Under the pieces are notes generated by a model. It did no database searches. It was not told the origin of the DNA and was given only the letters and a program-made list of their open reading frames with translations. Positions 38,032 through 47,056 of a stretch of DNA of 64,000 bases are shown here, in pieces. The position numbers and the translations under genes are program-made. Position 1 is the first letter of the stretch, and each line of letters begins with the position of its first letter. Origin of the DNA: a virus (lineage: Duplodnaviria; Heunggongvirae; Uroviricota; Caudoviricetes); the IMG/VR virus record IMGVR_UViG_3300027963_000034, positions 186,552-250,551 of that record; one strand, written 5' to 3'.

Positions 38032-38188
38032 ATTCTTTAATTTTATCTTCTAAAAATTTAAAACATTCACCAGGGCCAGTTAAGGCATCATAACTACGAT
38101 AAGTTTTAATAAACTTTTCTAAACCTACATTATCTAAATATCTTTGTAAGTCTTCAACATTTGTAAGGTAGCAATGATTGAATCCCAT
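37928..38188 (-). CDS. hypothetical small protein
   Basis: 86-aa ORF overlapping the start of the lipoprotein gene by about 100 nt. Confidence 0.3.
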   Translation of the reverse strand: MGFNHCYLTNVEDLQRYLDNVGLEKFIKTYRSYDALTGPGECFKFLEDKIKEYEMVISNSDIDDILQKGIDNTNESASEQSNYSNK

Positions 38189-38832
38189 TATTTTTTGTTT
38201 TTTTTCTTTTTAGTATTCATTTTTTTCACTTCACTTTTATATCTTTCGTTTGCTTCAACTAATCTTTGATTTGGTTTCCACTCATCACCTTCAAATAAAT
38301 TATCATCTTCTGGTTCATCACCCCATTCAAAATGTGGGTTACCATCAAATCCACCATCGTTTGAAAACTCATCTTCATCTTCTTGTGTTGCTCTATAACT
38401 ATCTTCATGTGCCATATCAGTATCATAGTGTAATCCTTCATTTCCGTTTTGTCCTATAATATCCATTCTTTTATCACTTTCATCATACTCACCAAAGAAA
38501 TCATTTTCTAATTCGTCAAGATTTTCATACCCCTCACTATCTTTAAGATAACGATGTCTCACATCATTAACATCATCTTCAAATTTCCATGCTTCTAATT
38601 TTTCTTTTAAATCTTCTGCATCGGTTTCTCTATATTCGTCTGCTCTATCAATTACCCAATTTTTAAATGAATTTTCGTGATAACCCATACCAATAATTAA
38701 AGTTTGGAATGCATCCATCACTTCATCTAAACTCAAATCACTATGGTCAACTTCTACTGTTGTTTTTGTTCCGTAGGATTGTGCAGTAAATATTGCCTGT
38801 TTCTTAAAATCCATTGTGAAATTACTATTCAT
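38188..38832 (-). CDS. highly acidic protein
   Basis: 214 aa with long Asp/Glu runs (EDEDEFSNDGGFDGNPHFEWGDEPEDDNLFEGDEW). Confidence 0.45.
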   Translation of the reverse strand: MNSNFTMDFKKQAIFTAQSYGTKTTVEVDHSDLSLDEVMDAFQTLIIGMGYHENSFKNWVIDRADEYRETDAEDLKEKLEAWKFEDDVNDVRHRYLKDSEGYENLDELENDFFGEYDESDKRMDIIGQNGNEGLHYDTDMAHEDSYRATQEDEDEFSNDGGFDGNPHFEWGDEPEDDNLFEGDEWKPNQRLVEANERYKSEVKKMNTKKKKNKK

Positions 38833-39088
38833 TGTTTTTGTTTTTGTCTTTTATAAATTTTTCGTATCCTTTTTGTTCGTTCTCTTTTGCTATTTGTTTT
38901 ACACTATCGTAGTCAAATTCAGTATTAGATATTGCTGCCCCAATACTTGCAAACTTTTTTGTTTTATAACTACTTAATGGTGATGTATATTGTTTTAAGT
39001 ATGCTGCTTTTGCATCTAAATATTCAAATAAATCACTATCATTCATTTGTTTTAGTTCTTCCTCTGTTTTTAAAAATTTCTTTTCCAT
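38825..39088 (-). CDS. hypothetical small protein
   Basis: 87-aa ORF. Confidence 0.35.
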   Translation of the reverse strand: MEKKFLKTEEELKQMNDSDLFEYLDAKAAYLKQYTSPLSSYKTKKFASIGAAISNTEFDYDSVKQIAKENEQKGYEKFIKDKNKNNE

Positions 39089-39380
39089 AAATTTCTTCTA
39101 ATTTAGATAAATTTTCTTTTAAACTTTTTTCAAATAATACATCTATGCTTTCTTTTGTGGCACTTTCCATTACATTGAATAAATCAAGATCGCTTAATGA
39201 TATTAATACATCTGATTCTTTTGATATCTTTTCAAAGATAAATTTATTTAAATGTTTTAAAAAAATATCTTCATTTATTAATGAATAATCTTCGAATAAT
39301 CCTTGTTCCTTTAAACTTTTTTTTATATTTAAAGATATGAAAGATGCTTCATTTATTAAATCTTCACTATTAGAGCTCAT
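39039..39380 (-). CDS. acidic hypothetical protein
   Basis: 113-aa ORF. Confidence 0.35.
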   Translation of the reverse strand: MSSNSEDLINEASFISLNIKKSLKEQGLFEDYSLINEDIFLKHLNKFIFEKISKESDVLISLSDLDLFNVMESATKESIDVLFEKSLKENLSKLEEIYGKEIFKNRGRTKTNE

Positions 39381-39696
39381 CTAAATTGAAATTTTTATTT
39401 GCTGAATATAATATTTCACCATCTTCATTTACACTCATATCCAATGCTCCCTTATCCACTAAGTCACCAATTGTTTTAGAAATTCCATTTGCCGATACCT
39501 CTTTGCAAACTTTTAAAAATTCAGAATCATCTAAAAACATATCACCTTCTTGTTCCCATTTTCTTTGCATTGCAATTTGTAATGCGCGTTTCAAAGGTAT
39601 TCTATCTATGAAAGGTGTTTCTACAAAAAAATCAGTTTCTTGTAAAGTGTCTATCATATGATTTGATGCTTCAATTATTTCGTTAAGTATGTCCAT
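39370..39696 (-). CDS. acidic hypothetical protein
   Basis: 108-aa ORF. Confidence 0.4.
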   Translation of the reverse strand: MDILNEIIEASNHMIDTLQETDFFVETPFIDRIPLKRALQIAMQRKWEQEGDMFLDDSEFLKVCKEVSANGISKTIGDLVDKGALDMSVNEDGEILYSANKNFNLDEL

Positions 39697-39943
39697 TTTG
39701 TTTTGTTTGTTTATAGTTTTCTAACTCTTCATCCGGTGTTGGTAGATAACTAGATTTATAGTATTCATCATCATACTGAACTTCGTCTGGAAATATAGAA
39801 TGTTCTTGTACGCTTTTCCATTGCCAATATTCTTCATTTAATTTTTCTTGCAAAAGATATTCTTCATATAGATAATCTTCATCGCCACCGCCAATTGAAC
39901 CGGTTAATTGTTGTTTCATAAATTCTTCGTTAGACTTTGCCAT
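39683..39943 (-). CDS. acidic Tyr/Glu-rich hypothetical protein
   Basis: 86 aa (DEDYLYEEYLLQEKLNEEYWQW). Confidence 0.4.
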   Translation of the reverse strand: MAKSNEEFMKQQLTGSIGGGDEDYLYEEYLLQEKLNEEYWQWKSVQEHSIFPDEVQYDDEYYKSSYLPTPDEELENYKQTKQNGHT

Positions 39944-39980
39944 AGTTATTTTCTTTTAATAAATATACACCAATTTTTTC

Positions 39981-40622
39981 TTATTTCAAAATTATTTTTT
40001 CAACTTTTATTATAGAATCCGATTTATATTTTTCAGAAATTCCATCAGTTTCATATGGATAGTAGTATTTCACTTTACAAGTAACAAGCATAGTATCACC
40101 TCTCATTTCCCATATAGGAGCTATGATAGTATTTATTTCACCAGTTAAAATATCACTTTGAGAATTTGAATTAATTGTTTGTACAATCGCATCCATATTA
40201 GAAAGCAATGGTGGTAATTGTACTATTGTTAATTGGCCGGTAAATTGATTTAAATAGGTTTTCGTTACATTAACTATTGTGTCGTTTTTATTTATCCACC
40301 AATATAAATTACTTTCCCAATTAGCTCCTTGCGACGGTTTTGGTGTTTTACCATTTATTAAAATTGTACCGCTTATTCTATGAAAATTTTGTTTATCTAT
40401 TGAATACAATTTAAAATATGAATATCCGTTTATATCTTTTGATAATCTAGTATCAATGCTCAATTCAACATTTGGTTTTGCGACAGATATCCAAACTCTT
40501 TTGGTTACATTACGTCTAATATCAATTCCTGTATTATAATTATCCTCTTTATTACACGCTGGTAAAAATGTTAATAATACTAATCCCAATATATAAAGAA
40601 TTACCAAAATTACTTTTTTCAT
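39981..40622 (-). CDS. lipoprotein
   Basis: MKKVILVILYILGLVLLTFLPACNKEDN (lipobox LPAC). The track ORF extends upstream into the preceding gene, so the start was trimmed to this Met. Confidence 0.5.
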   Translation of the reverse strand: MKKVILVILYILGLVLLTFLPACNKEDNYNTGIDIRRNVTKRVWISVAKPNVELSIDTRLSKDINGYSYFKLYSIDKQNFHRISGTILINGKTPKPSQGANWESNLYWWINKNDTIVNVTKTYLNQFTGQLTIVQLPPLLSNMDAIVQTINSNSQSDILTGEINTIIAPIWEMRGDTMLVTCKVKYYYPYETDGISEKYKSDSIIKVEKIILK

Positions 40623-40623
40623 T

Positions 40624-41217
40624 TTACTTTGTTTTAGCTTCTCTAATATGTTTACATTCTTTTCCACCTGTATAAGTAAACGATGGACAATCACATTCCC
40701 AATTTCCGTTATCATTTTTTACTTTATATGTAACATTTGGGTCTTTTGATGAAGGTATCGTAAATTCTTTCACTTCGGTTAATCCTTTCTCTTTAAGTTT
40801 TCTTTGAATTAAATTATCAACTTGACTATCCGATATCCAACTTGCTCTATTTTTACGAAACTCCGTAAAGAAATATTGGTCATCACAAAGTGCATCCAAT
40901 ACTTTTATGGATATATCTTCACCTTCCGCCTGACAAATTTCATATAAAGTTTGTTCGGGTTCTTTTACAAACTTACCCGTATCGGCATAATCACCTGCAA
41001 TAACAATGTTATCACCTGCCCAACTACCTACGATATCGTTTTCACTATGTAAATCTCCACCACCTCTACCATTTCCGTCAGCAAGTAATATTGCCAAACC
41101 GGCTAATACACCATTTGCTGACATACTAAACTCCATCAATTTTGCACCATCTCCAAATGTGTAAGGTGTAATGTATTGTTTCTTTTTGATATTTACTATC
41201 TTATAATATTGTCCCAT
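40624..41217 (-). CDS. SWIM zinc-finger protein
   Basis: C-terminal WECDCPSFTYTGGKECKHI fits CxCxnCxH (SWIM). Confidence 0.5.
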   Translation of the reverse strand: MGQYYKIVNIKKKQYITPYTFGDGAKLMEFSMSANGVLAGLAILLADGNGRGGGDLHSENDIVGSWAGDNIVIAGDYADTGKFVKEPEQTLYEICQAEGEDISIKVLDALCDDQYFFTEFRKNRASWISDSQVDNLIQRKLKEKGLTEVKEFTIPSSKDPNVTYKVKNDNGNWECDCPSFTYTGGKECKHIREAKTK

Positions 41218-41235
41218 TTTGTTTATTTTAATGTT

Positions 41236-41262
41236 ATAAAAAAGGGGAGTAAAACTCCCCTT
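41236..41262 (-). terminator. rho-independent terminator
   Basis: ggggag-taaaa-ctcccc hairpin flanked by A6 (41238-41243) and TTTG. The minus-strand reading gives hairpin plus a U-run. Lies downstream of the 41271 gene. Confidence 0.5.
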
Positions 41263-41270
41263 TGTATATG

Positions 41271-42608
41271 TTATGCGAAATCCATTATTGTTTTTTCAGG
41301 TACCATTGGTTGTACAGGTATCATACCATTATCAATCATAAATAGATATTCTCTTTTAATAACTGACCAGTATTGTTGACCAGTTTCCTTTGTTTGTGGA
41401 AACTTGTCTATTGAATAATCACCTATAAACTTCATTGCCAACCATGGTAGGAATTGATGGAATCTATCTTTAACCGATGGATTTGTGTTATACATTATAC
41501 GGATATCTACTATAATATCACGCATAATTGTACCATTAAACTTTCGTTTATCAGATGTTAACTTTTTCATAAAGTCAAGTATTGGTTTTATTTGAGAGTC
41601 GTATTCACTTTCAGTAATACGATAATCACCATCCTTTACTTTTTTCATATCGTCAAACGCTAATGAATCAGTATGACAGAACATATAGATTGGATTTGCT
41701 TCACCCCAACCTTGTTTTTTAGCTTGATTCATAGCTTGTAACATTTTACCATATGTGTAAACACCTGCAATATCATTAAGTAATTCCAAATTACCTTTAT
41801 GTGATGTGATGAAATTCTTAAGCTTCCACCCAGCATATGTAGTGTTTGTTGTAATCAACATTTTATGTAATCTATCAATATCTTGTGATGTTACCCAATG
41901 AACATTAATACATGCTACTGGTGGAATTACATATCCCTTTTGTTTTAAATCCAATAGAGAATAATATCTAGTATGACCTTCGAATATCATATATGTCATT
42001 TCACCATTATCATTTAATTGATGTGGTACAACATTTATTTGTGTAAAGAATCCATTATTGATAATAGATGCTTTAATTGTAGGGATGTTTTTAACATTTA
42101 AATCCCTATTGTTCGGGTGTGGTAATAAGTTATCAAACGGAATCAACATTGGCTCCGCCATTTTAATAACTTTATTTGGATTCAATAAGATACTTTCATT
42201 GATAATGAATGAATCACATTCTGATTGTCCTTCGAATACTATAACTCCGAATCTTCGTAAGTCAGCAACATTCTTTGCGTGTTTTTTGAAACCCGGCTCC
42301 CATTCACACATAACTACCATTCTAATCTTCATTGATTCTAATGTAGAATATAATGTAAGAATTTTGGTAACCTCTGCTGAATTTATGAAGGTCTTAGCTT
42401 CAATCCAATTACCTTCATATTGGTAATCAGCTATCCTGTCGGATAAGCCATCATTAATTGTGTAAAACACTGGTGGTATTCCAGCTCCTTCGAATTTGTC
42501 AGCGATATAACTTTGCCACTCATCACCATGGGTGTAACGGGCTTTCATTACTTCGCTAGAGTTTTGTTCATTGGTGATTTGTGCACCTTCTTTTAACTTT
42601 TTAGCCAT
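41271..42608 (-). CDS. putative nuclease (PD-(D/E)xK-like N-terminal region plus ParB/Srx-like domain)
   Basis: IADYQYEGNWIEAKT gives a D...ExK arrangement. SIINNGFFTQINVV...YMIFEGHTRYYSL resembles the ParB N-terminal domain (GxxR box). Confidence 0.3.
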   Translation of the reverse strand: MAKKLKEGAQITNEQNSSEVMKARYTHGDEWQSYIADKFEGAGIPPVFYTINDGLSDRIADYQYEGNWIEAKTFINSAEVTKILTLYSTLESMKIRMVVMCEWEPGFKKHAKNVADLRRFGVIVFEGQSECDSFIINESILLNPNKVIKMAEPMLIPFDNLLPHPNNRDLNVKNIPTIKASIINNGFFTQINVVPHQLNDNGEMTYMIFEGHTRYYSLLDLKQKGYVIPPVACINVHWVTSQDIDRLHKMLITTNTTYAGWKLKNFITSHKGNLELLNDIAGVYTYGKMLQAMNQAKKQGWGEANPIYMFCHTDSLAFDDMKKVKDGDYRITESEYDSQIKPILDFMKKLTSDKRKFNGTIMRDIIVDIRIMYNTNPSVKDRFHQFLPWLAMKFIGDYSIDKFPQTKETGQQYWSVIKREYLFMIDNGMIPVQPMVPEKTIMDFA

Positions 42609-42680
42609 TGTAACTAATTTATGGTCTCTATGTATTTAAACTTGCCAATAATGAGACCGTTATTATTGGTTTGTTATGTC

Positions 42681-42713
42681 TAATATACGAATAATTTTTT
42701 ATATTACCAAATT
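42681..42713 (-). promoter_or_regulatory. conserved phage promoter motif (sigma-A-like)
   Basis: taatatacgaa-N11-tattaccaaat. On the minus strand this reads TTTGgtaatataaaaaattattcgTATATTAG. Confidence 0.5.
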
Positions 42714-43071
42714 AAAATGCTTTGATAACTCCCATTTGAATACCCAACGCTAATTCATATCTATCATAGAATTTAACTTTACTTTTCACTTCGTTAATAT
42801 CCACTTTGCAATCCGTACTTTCACCTTCATCATCCGTACCCATAATCAATCCGTTGCCGGCAAATGGTTGATGTGCTCCTTCAAATATAAAAAAATTATC
42901 CGTTCCGTTAATCAATCCTTCGTCGTCTACATATATTACATCCTCTTTATCTAAATATGCACCCGCGGTAAATAACTCACATTCTAATTGAGTATATATT
43001 TCTTTGTAGTCTCTACCCATTTCTACTTCTTTAACTTCTTTTGTCTTTGCGTTTATTAAAATTGCTTTCAT
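42712..43071 (-). CDS. hypothetical protein
   Basis: 119-aa ORF. Confidence 0.4.
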   Translation of the reverse strand: MKAILINAKTKEVKEVEMGRDYKEIYTQLECELFTAGAYLDKEDVIYVDDEGLINGTDNFFIFEGAHQPFAGNGLIMGTDDEGESTDCKVDINEVKSKVKFYDRYELALGIQMGVIKAF

Positions 43072-43075
43072 TTTA

Positions 43076-43291
43076 TTATTTTTCTATGATTACTGAATAT
43101 GATTTGTTTTTGTTTTGTCGGTCAATGCCCATTGGATAATAACTAATATCTTCCAATTTTATTGAATGCACAAACATCCCACTATCGTTGTTTTTAATTT
43201 TAATGCTTTTATCAGCATTGCTTGTCCAAATTAGGCCATCTAATACAATTGTATTTTCTTCTACTCTTCTAAATGTGTTTTGTTCTGTCAT
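43076..43291 (-). CDS. hypothetical small protein
   Basis: 71-aa ORF. Confidence 0.35.
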   Translation of the reverse strand: MTEQNTFRRVEENTIVLDGLIWTSNADKSIKIKNNDSGMFVHSIKLEDISYYPMGIDRQNKNKSYSVIIEK

Positions 43292-43302
43292 TTTATTTAT
43301 TT

Positions 43303-43650
43303 TTAGTTTTTAAATTTTCCTACTTTTATTTCACTCGTTATTAGTCGACTGATATACTCCACAAATGTATCTTTTGTTTTTATCCATTTTGTTGATATCC
43401 AATTATCTTGAAATATGTAATCACCCGTTGTACCTTCACCTAATACACATTTTTTCATACTATAACAATCATGTTCCCATTTTAATTCAAATAGTATTGC
43501 GTAATCACCCAAGGCCTGTCCGTTACAAAATACCCATACCCAACTACTTTCTTTTTTATTTTGTAAATTATCTAAATCGGTATAAAAAGAATTACCTAAT
43601 AATTCAAAATCTACCGCATCTATTGTTTCAAAGTTTACTGGTCGTTTCAT
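43303..43650 (-). CDS. hypothetical protein
   Basis: 115-aa ORF. Confidence 0.4.
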   Translation of the reverse strand: MKRPVNFETIDAVDFELLGNSFYTDLDNLQNKKESSWVWVFCNGQALGDYAILFELKWEHDCYSMKKCVLGEGTTGDYIFQDNWISTKWIKTKDTFVEYISRLITSEIKVGKFKN

Positions 43651-44012
43651 TATAATTTTCTTTTATGTCTTTCTTCAAATTTGTCCTCTACTAATTGTGC
43701 TGCTTTACTATATCCTTTATCTAACAATAATATTCTTGCAAACATATCAGCGGACATTTCATCATCATCGTTTCTATCCTTTGTGTGTTTCAACATTATG
43801 TGTGCTAACTCATGTGCTTCAACCCACCTCAATTCATCTTTGGTTAGTTTCACTTCACCATCTATGAATACACAACCCGAACGTGTCTCAGCAAAACCAA
43901 AACCACATTGTTCAAATAATGGTTTCATCACTTCATATCGGTAGTCATCTTTGGTTAGTATTGCAACTGCAACATCACTTTTGAACTCACTAAAATATGT
44001 CTTGCTCATCAT
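43650..44012 (-). CDS. ImmA/IrrE-family (M78-like) zinc metallopeptidase
   Basis: LRWVEAHELAHIMLKH fits the ImmA/IrrE HExxH block. The track ORF runs to 44102, but the start was trimmed to an internal Met because of the overlap with the upstream gene. Confidence 0.5.
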   Translation of the reverse strand: MMSKTYFSEFKSDVAVAILTKDDYRYEVMKPLFEQCGFGFAETRSGCVFIDGEVKLTKDELRWVEAHELAHIMLKHTKDRNDDDEMSADMFARILLLDKGYSKAAQLVEDKFEERHKRKL

Positions 44013-44424
44013 CTTCATCGTTTTCGTTATCATAAAAATATCCCTGACTTTCACAACTATCGGGTCCGGCCATTTCATATACCCAACCATCAGCCATTTC
44101 AATTAGGTTAGGATAGTAGACACCTTCCGTTCCAACTCCACTTCCGTTTCCTTTACTGAAGGCTAAGGTAATACCTTCACCTCTCATATAATCGGTATAT
44201 GCTTCTCCTTGCAATTCGACTTTATCCCTTTCTACTACTCCATTCATTTCAGCAAGTAATTCGTAGTAATCTTTACCACCGAATATACCATAACCTTCAT
44301 AACTTTGTTCAACCCATTTACTTCCTTTATTATCAATCATTACTACTGTAAATGTTTTTCTCGTAGAATAATTGTTTGCAATACTTCTATCAGTATCTTG
44401 TGTTCTCCAACTAAAAAATCCCAT
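43990..44424 (-). CDS. hypothetical acidic protein
   Basis: 144 aa with an acidic C-terminus (NENDEDDEQDIF). Confidence 0.4.
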   Translation of the reverse strand: MGFFSWRTQDTDRSIANNYSTRKTFTVVMIDNKGSKWVEQSYEGYGIFGGKDYYELLAEMNGVVERDKVELQGEAYTDYMRGEGITLAFSKGNGSGVGTEGVYYPNLIEMADGWVYEMAGPDSCESQGYFYDNENDEDDEQDIF

Positions 44425-44584
44425 AACTTTAATTTTAATATTTTATAATTCTTCAATGATTCCTAATATCTCAGCCAATCCAAATGTGATTGCCGAATTT
44501 CCAAATTGTTCGTTGAATAGGAAATAACAGGCTCCAAATCTCAATACACTTTTTAGAACACTGGTGTAAAAGTGTTTCTTTGAT

Positions 44585-44944
44585 TTACTTTCCTTTAACT
44601 CCATCTTTTTTATTTTTAATTTCAATAATATGTTTACAATCTTTACCTCTACCGAAACCATGCGCGGGACAACTACAACTCCAAAACCCTTCATCATTTA
44701 CTACCTTATATACATTTCCTTTACTACCTTTGATTTTGTATTCAATTTTCACTTTGGTTTTTTTGAACTCTTTTGGTTTTATGTAATTTATTTTATCCCA
44801 CATCTTTTCCAATTCGTTCCAACTATACCATCTATTTACTTCAATCCACCCACTACTTTCTTTACCACCGGTGCAAACAATCCATGTCTTACCAGTAAGT
44901 GGTGATTCAAAACAAATGGGTGGAAATGCTGATTTAATTCTCAT
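44585..44944 (-). CDS. SWIM zinc-finger protein
   Basis: WSCSCPAHGFGRGKDCKHI fits CxCxnCxH. Second SWIM protein in the window. Confidence 0.5.
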   Translation of the reverse strand: MRIKSAFPPICFESPLTGKTWIVCTGGKESSGWIEVNRWYSWNELEKMWDKINYIKPKEFKKTKVKIEYKIKGSKGNVYKVVNDEGFWSCSCPAHGFGRGKDCKHIIEIKNKKDGVKGK

Positions 44945-44948
44945 TGTA

Positions 44949-45230
44949 TTATCTATATAATGTTACAAAATGTCCGAAATGTTTATCAAATGTGCTTACT
45001 AAATGGTCGTAATCACCACCCATCATTTCAGTTTGAATAGCTTTACTATCTAATCCTAATTGTTTAGCCAAATTACCAGCTTTACCAATCAATACGAATG
45101 CGTTACCATCAGGTCCCGTTAGGTCAATTTCAATTCCTAACTTTTCTTCTTTACTTTTTATCATAACTTTATTTTTTATAATTTCTTGCATCCCACCTTT
45201 CAAATTCGTGGTGTTGTTTTGCACACTCAT
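44949..45230 (-). CDS. hypothetical protein
   Basis: 93-aa ORF. Confidence 0.4.
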   Translation of the reverse strand: MSVQNNTTNLKGGMQEIIKNKVMIKSKEEKLGIEIDLTGPDGNAFVLIGKAGNLAKQLGLDSKAIQTEMMGGDYDHLVSTFDKHFGHFVTLYR

Positions 45231-45268
45231 TAAGAATATACAGAACCTTTTTAATAAACTTCTTCATA

Positions 45269-45640
45269 TTACCACCAACTTGTATAATAAACCGTCTTAC
45301 CTTCTTTGATTGCTTCTCTTGCTTTACTAACGAACTCTAAATCCGTTTCATCTTCATCGGGTTGACTTTGACCAAAAAAGAAACCTGATGTATCTGGCAA
45401 ATTACCATCTTTAATATCTTGTTCTAAATTGTCTAAGTCTTCACTATCTAATACCACACAATCACCATTAAAACTATCGGATGTTCCACCTTTCATATCG
45501 TATAAGTTTTGCATCCAACCATGTAAGTTAGGATGCTTTCTCCAATAGTGTATTTCTTCTTGTTCAAAATTCTTTGTTGAAAAGTCTACATCCGTTTCCG
45601 GTTTTGCTTTTGTAGCTAAAGCGTACATATCTAATCCCAT
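45269..45640 (-). CDS. hypothetical protein
   Basis: 123-aa ORF. Confidence 0.4.
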   Translation of the reverse strand: MGLDMYALATKAKPETDVDFSTKNFEQEEIHYWRKHPNLHGWMQNLYDMKGGTSDSFNGDCVVLDSEDLDNLEQDIKDGNLPDTSGFFFGQSQPDEDETDLEFVSKAREAIKEGKTVYYTSWW

Positions 45641-45652
45641 AATTTTTATTTT

Positions 45653-45922
45653 TTAAAATTCATAATCATTACAAAAACAATTTGCTTTGCACATTGTTAA
45701 TAAATAAATGTTGTTTCTACAATCGATATCTGCTCTACTAAGTGCAAGATATAAGTTATTATCAACTACGGCCTGAACAAATCCACCACCTGCATAAGAA
45801 CTCTTATCTCTTGTACACATAATAGAAACCATAACATCCAAAATATGTTCACTTACATTTGTGAAACCATAATCAATAGCAAACTTTGTTGCTCTTTCAT
45901 AACATTGTTCTCTTATATCCAT
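45653..45922 (-). CDS. hypothetical Cys-rich protein
   Basis: 89 aa with 7 Cys. Confidence 0.35.
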   Translation of the reverse strand: MDIREQCYERATKFAIDYGFTNVSEHILDVMVSIMCTRDKSSYAGGGFVQAVVDNNLYLALSRADIDCRNNIYLLTMCKANCFCNDYEF

Positions 45923-45923
45923 T

Positions 45924-46310
45924 TTAATTTAAATTTATATTGTTAAAATTCATTTTACTTAAAATCTCATCACCCTCATTTATTCTATTTACTTGTTCAC
46001 CAACTACTCTATTTGCTATTTCAATTGTTTCTTGCAAACGAGAACGATAATTTTCTATACCATGTTCCTCTTTTGCTTGATTACACACATCTTCAATACC
46101 TTCATTTAATATTTTAATAAGGTCACTATCTTCCGTAATCATTGATGATTGTATCATTTCCATCATGGATGCTGCTACCGAACTTCTTAATGCCAATGTT
46201 GATTGGCCGGAATGTTTCATTACATTAATAAGTGTTAATGCCATTTTTACTCTTTGGTCATTTGTCTTTTGTATTCGTTCCGTTATCTCTTTCATATTTA
46301 ATATACTCAT
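45924..46310 (-). CDS. hypothetical protein
   Basis: 128-aa ORF. Confidence 0.4.
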   Translation of the reverse strand: MSILNMKEITERIQKTNDQRVKMALTLINVMKHSGQSTLALRSSVAASMMEMIQSSMITEDSDLIKILNEGIEDVCNQAKEEHGIENYRSRLQETIEIANRVVGEQVNRINEGDEILSKMNFNNINLN

Positions 46311-46321
46311 TTGTTTTAATT

Positions 46322-47056
46322 TTACATTGTTGCAATTCTATATTTTCCTGTTACTAATTCTTTGTGTAAATACCTCTTACATCTTCTACCTAATGCATTA
46401 GCAGGACTAACCAACGATTGTAAATGGTGTATAAAACTTCCACCATTTTCCATTTTAGGTTTGCCTCTCAATATTACATCATAATATGTTTTTAATTGAG
46501 TAAAGGTTAGTTTACCGGATGTTTCGGTATAATCCAATAACGATTGTGCTATAAATCCCCAATCACCTTTTTGTAAATGATAAGCTTTATTCATATACTT
46601 TCGTTTCATTTCTTTTCTACGAAACTTTGGGTCTTGCATTTGAGTTTGATGTTGTAAAGATTTAATTGCTTGTAGAGCAGGAATACCTTTTGATTGTTCA
46701 CTATGTTTAACACCATCTGCTAAACTACAACCCATACTTCCCAATGTTCTAGCAATCATTACATTCGTATCATTCAATTGTAAGTTCTTTCGTTCCATAC
46801 CTTGCTTTTTCCATATCCTCATACGATTTGGATTAGCGTGGTGTAAGTAAATGTCAATGTATTGTGCTACTCTCCACGGCACATCATTTTGACCGGTTTT
46901 ATACCAACCTTTCACTACGGATTTTCTATCACTATGACGACCTCTCAATGTAACCCAACCGAATATTTGTTCTAATACTTTTTTCACTTCTAACACTTGC
47001 TCCTCATTCTTCATTGGAATAGTTGCAATGTAGTTTGGTGTTCTATTTGATGCCAT
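46322..47056 (-). CDS. hypothetical basic protein
   Basis: 244 aa. No confident motif. Confidence 0.4.
   Translation of the reverse strand: MASNRTPNYIATIPMKNEEQVLEVKKVLEQIFGWVTLRGRHSDRKSVVKGWYKTGQNDVPWRVAQYIDIYLHHANPNRMRIWKKQGMERKNLQLNDTNVMIARTLGSMGCSLADGVKHSEQSKGIPALQAIKSLQHQTQMQDPKFRRKEMKRKYMNKAYHLQKGDWGFIAQSLLDYTETSGKLTFTQLKTYYDVILRGKPKMENGGSFIHHLQSLVSPANALGRRCKRYLHKELVTGKYRIATM

Noticed and set aside
46322-47056. Considered flavin-dependent thymidylate synthase (ThyX) because of an RGRHSDRKS segment
   Set aside because: The ThyX signature RHRxxSxxxxSxR is not reproduced (RHSDRKSVVKGW). No other ThyX blocks were seen. Left as hypothetical.
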